A DNA stretch of 64,000 nucleotides from Bacteriovoracaceae bacterium (GTDB lineage Bacteria; Bdellovibrionota; Bacteriovoracia; Bacteriovoracales; Bacteriovoracaceae), in assembly GCA_041586955.1 (NCBI GenBank), contig JBFGZE010000006.1, positions 16,744 through 80,743 on the forward strand. Direction: 5' to 3'. Position numbers and translations under genes: made by a program. Below, piece by piece: positions 59,576-64,000 of this stretch. Positions within the stretch are counted from its first letter, which is position 1; the number at the start of each line of letters is the position of its first letter. The notes below the pieces were generated by a model. That model worked only from the letters and a program-made list of their open reading frames with translations. It made no database searches and was not told the origin of the DNA.

Positions 59576-60169
59576 CTACAGCCTTTTTCTATTTTCCAAG
59601 GCCTTTGAAATTGTTAAAGAATCTAGAAATTCAATATTACCACCCATTGGCATACCAAAGCCAATTCTTTCAACTTCAACGTCATCAGAGATGATATCAC
59701 GTAAATAGGAACAGGTCGCATCACCTTCAACAGAAGGGTTAATGGCCAAGATTACTGTCTTAACGGTGCCAGAATTTAACCTGCTCACTAATGTCGATAA
59801 GAATAATTCATCAGGACCGACTCCCAAAAGGGGATTCAAAACGCCGCCTAATACATGATAAAGACCTTGGTAGGTTCCACTATTTTCGATGGCCAAACAA
59901 TCACTCACATTTTCCACTACACATAAAGTGGAAGACTCCGCGCGTCTAGGATTATTACAGACTTCACAAGTTCTCTCTTCGCAAAAAAATCCGCATTGTT
60001 CACATTTTTTCAGAGTAGTAAGACTTAAAAGCGCATGGCCAAAACTTTCTAATGAATTCTTCTCCCAATTCGTTAAATTCATAACATAACGAACGGCCGT
60101 TTTACGGCCGATACCTGGAACTTTTGAGAATTCCTCGATCAAGTTTTCAATATTAACCGGCAGATTCAA
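59576..60169 (-). CDS. recR: recombination mediator RecR
   Basis: PGIGRKTA, C4 zinc finger, CVVE, YHVLGG, EGDAT. Confidence 0.97.
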   Translation of the reverse strand: MNLPVNIENLIEEFSKVPGIGRKTAVRYVMNLTNWEKNSLESFGHALLSLTTLKKCEQCGFFCEERTCEVCNNPRRAESSTLCVVENVSDCLAIENSGTYQGLYHVLGGVLNPLLGVGPDELFLSTLVSRLNSGTVKTVILAINPSVEGDATCSYLRDIISDDVEVERIGFGMPMGGNIEFLDSLTISKALENRKRL

Positions 60170-60178
60170 GCAAGACTC

Positions 60179-60493
60179 CTAAAACAGACCTGGAATGCTT
60201 AAACCACCTGTGACTTTTGACATTGCCTCAGAAACCATATCTTGAGATTCTTTAACAGCTTGATTAACAGCAGTTTGAACCAATTCTTCTAATGTTTCGA
60301 CATCATTAGGGTCAACACATTCTTTATCAATTTTGAATTCAAGAATTTCTTGCTTACCAGTGATTTTAATTTTGATCATGCCGCCACCTGAAGAGATATC
60401 AAGTTCTCTCGCTTCTAATTCTTTTTGTAGCGTGCCCATTTTTTGCTGCATTTGCTGAGCTTGTTTTAAAAGATTATTCATATTCTTCGCCAT
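60179..60493 (-). CDS. ybaB: YbaB/EbfC nucleoid-associated protein
   Basis: KQAQQMQ, SGGGM, DVETLEEL, TGGLSIPGLF; dnaX-ybaB-recR synteny. Confidence 0.96.
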   Translation of the reverse strand: MAKNMNNLLKQAQQMQQKMGTLQKELEARELDISSGGGMIKIKITGKQEILEFKIDKECVDPNDVETLEELVQTAVNQAVKESQDMVSEAMSKVTGGLSIPGLF

Positions 60494-60495
60494 TT

Positions 60496-62211
60496 CTAAC
60501 TCCCTTTTGAGGTCAAATTTACTTTATCGACAGTGGTATTAAATAATTCCTCCGCCTCTTTAATAATCGGGTGATTGCGTAACTCAGCCCGTCTATTTTC
60601 GTTTTCTATTTGTATTTTTTCTTCTTCAATGTCGGCCCTCGATTGAAAATTAATTCGTTTCTTTTCTTCCGTATCAATCATATCAATATTCAACTTGACC
60701 TGATCGACTTCATATTCAAAAAATGTGGATAAAAAGCCGATAATCCTTTGTGTAATTTCTGTCTCGGTTAAATAATCAAAAAAGACTTTATTCTTTGAAT
60801 CAAATGCCAAGCGAACCCGCACACCATCATGACTTAACTCAGGTATGCCAATAATATTACCCTGCTCAAGATTAGAAGCTGCAGCGGGAGCAATAGTTCG
60901 CAAGAAATCTAAGAAACCATCCCATGTCTTTGGCCGCTCCGCTTGGGACTCTTTGACTTCAATTTCTTCAACTTCATCTACAGGCCTTGTTTCAGCTTCA
61001 GCTCTTTCAACTTCCTGATTTTCGGCCAAAGGCTTTTCTATCGAGACCTTTTGAATAGGCTGAGATGTCAAGATAGGGGTGGTATCTGGTCCCTCTTCTA
61101 TTGGCGCGGTTTCGACCGGAGTTTTTTCACTTTGAACATTCTCGGATTCACTTACTTTTTTTTTACTTTTATTAAAGAATGATCCTCGTAACGAGATTTT
61201 TTGTAATAATAACTCGAGGGAGAGGTGAGGAAGAGGAGTCTCTTTCACCCAATTATAATCCTGGTTTAGGGTTTCAAAAATCCACATCAACTCCGCTTTA
61301 TCAGAAGTCTCTGGACTATTTTGAATTAATAAATAGATCTCTTCGCAAAGGCCGCGTATAAGATTATCAAGGGAGACATTTCCTTGAATAATATCCCGGA
61401 AAACTTCCGTTGCTTTCTGGCCATCGTAAGAAATCATTGCTGTTAATAAGCTCTTTAATTTCGTGCTATCGACAAGTCCCAAAGACATATTGAGAACATC
61501 TTCAGTAATAAGATTATCAGAGCAATAGGATAACACCTGATCTAAGAGTGATAGGGTATCCCGAACAGAGCCATTCCCTAGAACACAAATTTTTTCTAAA
61601 AAAGTTTCATCTTCGTATTGGATATCTTCTTTTTCACAGATATCCTTAAGGTGCTTTAATAAAACACTCACGCTGGCATTTCTAAAGTCAAAACGCTGAC
61701 AACGAGATAAAACTGTATTTAATAATTTTTCGGGTTCAGTCGTCGCTAAAATAAAGATTACATGCTCTGGCGGCTCTTCTAATGTTTTTAAAAGTGCATT
61801 AAAAGCATTCACTGAAAGCATATGAACTTCATCAATAATATAAACTTTATAACGGCCAATAGTAGGTAAGGTTTGAATCTTAGAAATAAGATCGCGAACA
61901 TCATCGACGCTATTATTACTGGCACCATCAATCTCGTAAATATTCATGGAAGAACCCGATTTAAAATCAAGGCAACTCGGACAATCCCCACAAGCATTAC
62001 TTTGATCGATGCGGTTTTCACATCTCAAGGCCTTGGCAAAAATACGAGCAATAGAAGTTTTTCCAATTCCTCGAGTACCGGAAAAAATATAAGCATGGCC
62101 TATTTTATTATTGATTATGGCATTTTTGAGGGATCGGGTAATATGATCCTGTCCAATAACTTGATCAAAATTTTGAGGTCTCCACTTCCTGGCTAAAACG
62201 CGATAGGTCAT
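60496..62211 (-). CDS. dnaX: DNA polymerase III subunit gamma/tau
   Basis: LARKWRPQNF, GTRGIGKT, zinc-binding Cys, EIDGASN, IIDEVHML, KTLEEPP, SRC. Confidence 0.98.
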   Translation of the reverse strand: MTYRVLARKWRPQNFDQVIGQDHITRSLKNAIINNKIGHAYIFSGTRGIGKTSIARIFAKALRCENRIDQSNACGDCPSCLDFKSGSSMNIYEIDGASNNSVDDVRDLISKIQTLPTIGRYKVYIIDEVHMLSVNAFNALLKTLEEPPEHVIFILATTEPEKLLNTVLSRCQRFDFRNASVSVLLKHLKDICEKEDIQYEDETFLEKICVLGNGSVRDTLSLLDQVLSYCSDNLITEDVLNMSLGLVDSTKLKSLLTAMISYDGQKATEVFRDIIQGNVSLDNLIRGLCEEIYLLIQNSPETSDKAELMWIFETLNQDYNWVKETPLPHLSLELLLQKISLRGSFFNKSKKKVSESENVQSEKTPVETAPIEEGPDTTPILTSQPIQKVSIEKPLAENQEVERAEAETRPVDEVEEIEVKESQAERPKTWDGFLDFLRTIAPAAASNLEQGNIIGIPELSHDGVRVRLAFDSKNKVFFDYLTETEITQRIIGFLSTFFEYEVDQVKLNIDMIDTEEKKRINFQSRADIEEEKIQIENENRRAELRNHPIIKEAEELFNTTVDKVNLTSKGS

Positions 62212-62272
62212 TTATCTTCCTTTAATTTTACGTGAGTCTAGCAAAGAAATTACAAGCATGCCAAAAGAGAAA

Positions 62273-62374
62273 AGTGGCAGCTGAGTACACAACACAAGGC
62301 GCATATGGCTACCGTTGCTTCGTTCCCGACCTGGCGGAGTTCACCCAGAAACCTTTGCCATATCCTCAGCCACC
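62273..62374 (-). ncRNA. ffs: small bacterial SRP (4.5S) RNA
   Basis: Minus strand GGTGGCTGAG...GAACTCCGCCAGGTCGGGAACGAAGCAACGG...CTCAGCTGCC: helix-8 motif, paired ends, and the usual position upstream of dnaX. Confidence 0.92.
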
Positions 62375-62380
62375 AACGGC

Positions 62381-62410
62381 ATCTTATACGAGGCAATAAA
62401 GACTTGTCAA
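62381..62410 (-). promoter_or_regulatory. sigma70 promoter of ffs
   Basis: TTGACA (62410-62405), N18, TAAGAT (62386-62381), 6 nt before the predicted RNA 5' end. Confidence 0.8.
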
Positions 62411-62625
62411 AGAAGAAAAACAGACAGATTTGATGCTTAAGTACCTGAAAATAGCTAACCCAATAGACAAAAGGAAATCAACAAAAGCAAAGGGCCGCCA
62501 TGGCCCTAATCCTAGCATCACTCACTGGTGACTTTCACCGACAACCTCTTGCGTCATTCTTTCCTGAGTCAAAGCGTCAAGTTCTTGCCTCTAAGGTTCA
62601 TATAGACGAGACCGAAAAGACTATT

Positions 62626-63606
62626 ATGAAAAAGAAAAACGTAAAAATTTCGGTCGTAATTCCTATTTTTAATGAGGAAGAAAATCTTCCTATTTTGACG
62701 GAAAGGTTAACTAAAGTGCTCTCACAATATTCAGATTTTGAGGTTCTCTATGTTGATGATGGCTCAAAAGATTCCTCGAGAGAAATAATTAAGTCACAGG
62801 CAAGGATTGATACTCGAATTAAACTCGTGAAACTTTCACGAAACTTCGGCCATCAGGAAGCAATATCAGCGGGACTGGAGTATGCAAGTGGCGATGCCGT
62901 AATTGTTATGGACGGGGATTTACAAGATCCGCCAGAAGTTCTTCCTATGTTTATTGAAAAATGGCAGGAAGGATATGATGTTGTCTATGCTGTTCGAAAA
63001 AAGAGAAAAGAAAATATTTTTAAGCGAATCGCCTACAAATCGTTTTACAGAATTCTCAGGTTTTTATCCGATATCGATATTCCACTCGATAGTGGAGATT
63101 TTTCGATCATGGATATTCGAGTCGTCAAAGCTTTAAATAGTATCCCAGAAAAAAATCGCTTTGTTCGAGGAATTAGGTCATGGCTAGGATTTAAGCAGGT
63201 TGGACTTGCTTATGAGCGATCCGCTCGCTTTGCAGGAACACCAAAATTTACACTCAGTAAATTATTTCTACTTGCTTACGACGGTCTCACCTCATTTTCA
63301 ACCAAACCAATTAAGCTTGCCTCATACCTTGGAATGTTTTTCACATTCCTGTCTTTTTTAGGAATGTGCTGGACAATATTTGCCAAATTTTATTACACCG
63401 ACCATATTATTGAAGGGTGGGCCAGTACTATATTTGTTGTGTTCTTTATGTCAGGTGTTCAACTGATTATTATGGGTATTCAAGGTGAATATATTGGCCG
63501 GACGTTCTCTGAAGTAAAGAATAGACCAAACTTTATTGTCGACCGAACAATAGGCCTAGAATCACAATCCGAAAATTTAAATACGAAGATAAAGGATGTG
63601 GCATAA
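62626..63606 (+). CDS. GT2 polyprenyl-phosphate glycosyltransferase (GtrB/ArnC-like)
   Basis: SVVIPIFNEEE, VDDGSKD, LSRNFGHQ, MDGDLQDPP, SGDF, two C-terminal TMs, GEYIGR; start ATG 62626. Confidence 0.93.
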   Translation: MKKKNVKISVVIPIFNEEENLPILTERLTKVLSQYSDFEVLYVDDGSKDSSREIIKSQARIDTRIKLVKLSRNFGHQEAISAGLEYASGDAVIVMDGDLQDPPEVLPMFIEKWQEGYDVVYAVRKKRKENIFKRIAYKSFYRILRFLSDIDIPLDSGDFSIMDIRVVKALNSIPEKNRFVRGIRSWLGFKQVGLAYERSARFAGTPKFTLSKLFLLAYDGLTSFSTKPIKLASYLGMFFTFLSFLGMCWTIFAKFYYTDHIIEGWASTIFVVFFMSGVQLIIMGIQGEYIGRTFSEVKNRPNFIVDRTIGLESQSENLNTKIKDVA

Positions 63607-64000
63607 TGACAACAGATAAAGACAATCTTGATAATTTTGACAAGTTTGCAGATGATTACTCTGAGATAATGAAGGAGTCTTTGAACTTTACGGGTGCAGA
63701 CCACAAATATTTTGCTGAATATAAAATTATTAAACTTAAGCAATTACTTGAGAACAAATCCTCTACTCCTGCCCATATACTCGACTTTGGCTGTGGCTCT
63801 GGAACTCATTTAGAGTTTCTCAGAAAGTATTTCCAAGACGCTGAAATTTACGGCACAGATATTTCTGAAAAAAGTGTTCGTTTGGCAAAATCATTAAATA
63901 TTGAAAACTGCCAGTTTGAGATTTTTGATGGTTCAAACTTTCCTTTTCCAGAACAAAAGTTTGATATAATCATTTCAATAAATGTCTTTCATCATATACC
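63606..64000 (+). CDS. class I SAM-dependent methyltransferase (3' end runs off the window)
   Basis: Not in the ORF track. TAATG overlap with GT2; MTTDKDNLDNFDKFADDY...ILDFGCGSG...GTDIS...FDII. Confidence 0.88.
   Translation, partial: MTTDKDNLDNFDKFADDYSEIMKESLNFTGADHKYFAEYKIIKLKQLLENKSSTPAHILDFGCGSGTHLEFLRKYFQDAEIYGTDISEKSVRLAKSLNIENCQFEIFDGSNFPFPEQKFDIIISINVFHHI

Noticed and set aside
60724..60732. Perfect DnaA box (TGTGGATAA) inside dnaX; a one-mismatch box also occurs at 39208-39216
   Set aside because: Isolated 9-mers are expected by chance in 64 kb of AT-rich DNA.
62500..62625. 42-aa N-terminal extension of GT2
   Set aside because: Family similarity begins at MKKKNVKISVVIP (62626); the extension overlaps non-coding hairpins.
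1..64000. CRISPR arrays, IS elements, prophage, defence systems, tRNA/rRNA, parS or dif sites
   Set aside because: No spaced direct repeats, transposase/integrase motifs, cloverleaf structures or consensus matches were seen by eye; dedicated scans were not run.

Overview
A gene-dense, AT-rich bacterial core-genome window. The gene set (recR-mglB-mglA, two short 276/277-aa flagellins, a MoxR/Bat operon, NFACT plus MutS2) suggests a Bdellovibrionota predator related to Bacteriovorax/Halobacteriovorax; this is an inference, as no database search was run. From left to right: aroE (cut by the window edge), ribF, a Bat/MoxR-vWA operon preceded by a 1384-aa lipoprotein gene, a head-to-head NFACT(RqcH)/MutS2 pair, lepB-PBP-rlmE-IMPase, a DnaA-box cluster, a polytopic membrane protein, fliD-fliS-fliT-like, a Maf-N/GT9/GT9 block, a histidine kinase and receiver protein, nadK-recN, lpxH, two sigma28-driven flagellins, rfaE2-RDD-rsmE-prmA, RNase J, a dcw cluster lacking mraZ/murG/ddl and headed by mtnP, an alpha/beta hydrolase, mglA-mglB-recR-ybaB-dnaX, SRP RNA, and a GT2 plus methyltransferase (cut by the edge). 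I saw no mobile elements, CRISPR arrays, tRNAs or rRNAs. The best candidates for undescribed biology are: (1) a flagellum-linked glycosylation module with a stand-alone Maf N-domain, an active/degenerate GT9 pair and a hidden 50-aa ORF; (2) RqcH and MutS2, two ribosome quality-control genes whose start codons share one CATG palindrome; (3) a DnaA-box cluster away from dnaA; (4) a MurD with altered P-loop and D-Glu-binding residues; (5) an A9 slippage site in dnaX; (6) a terminator lying inside the RNase J ORF.
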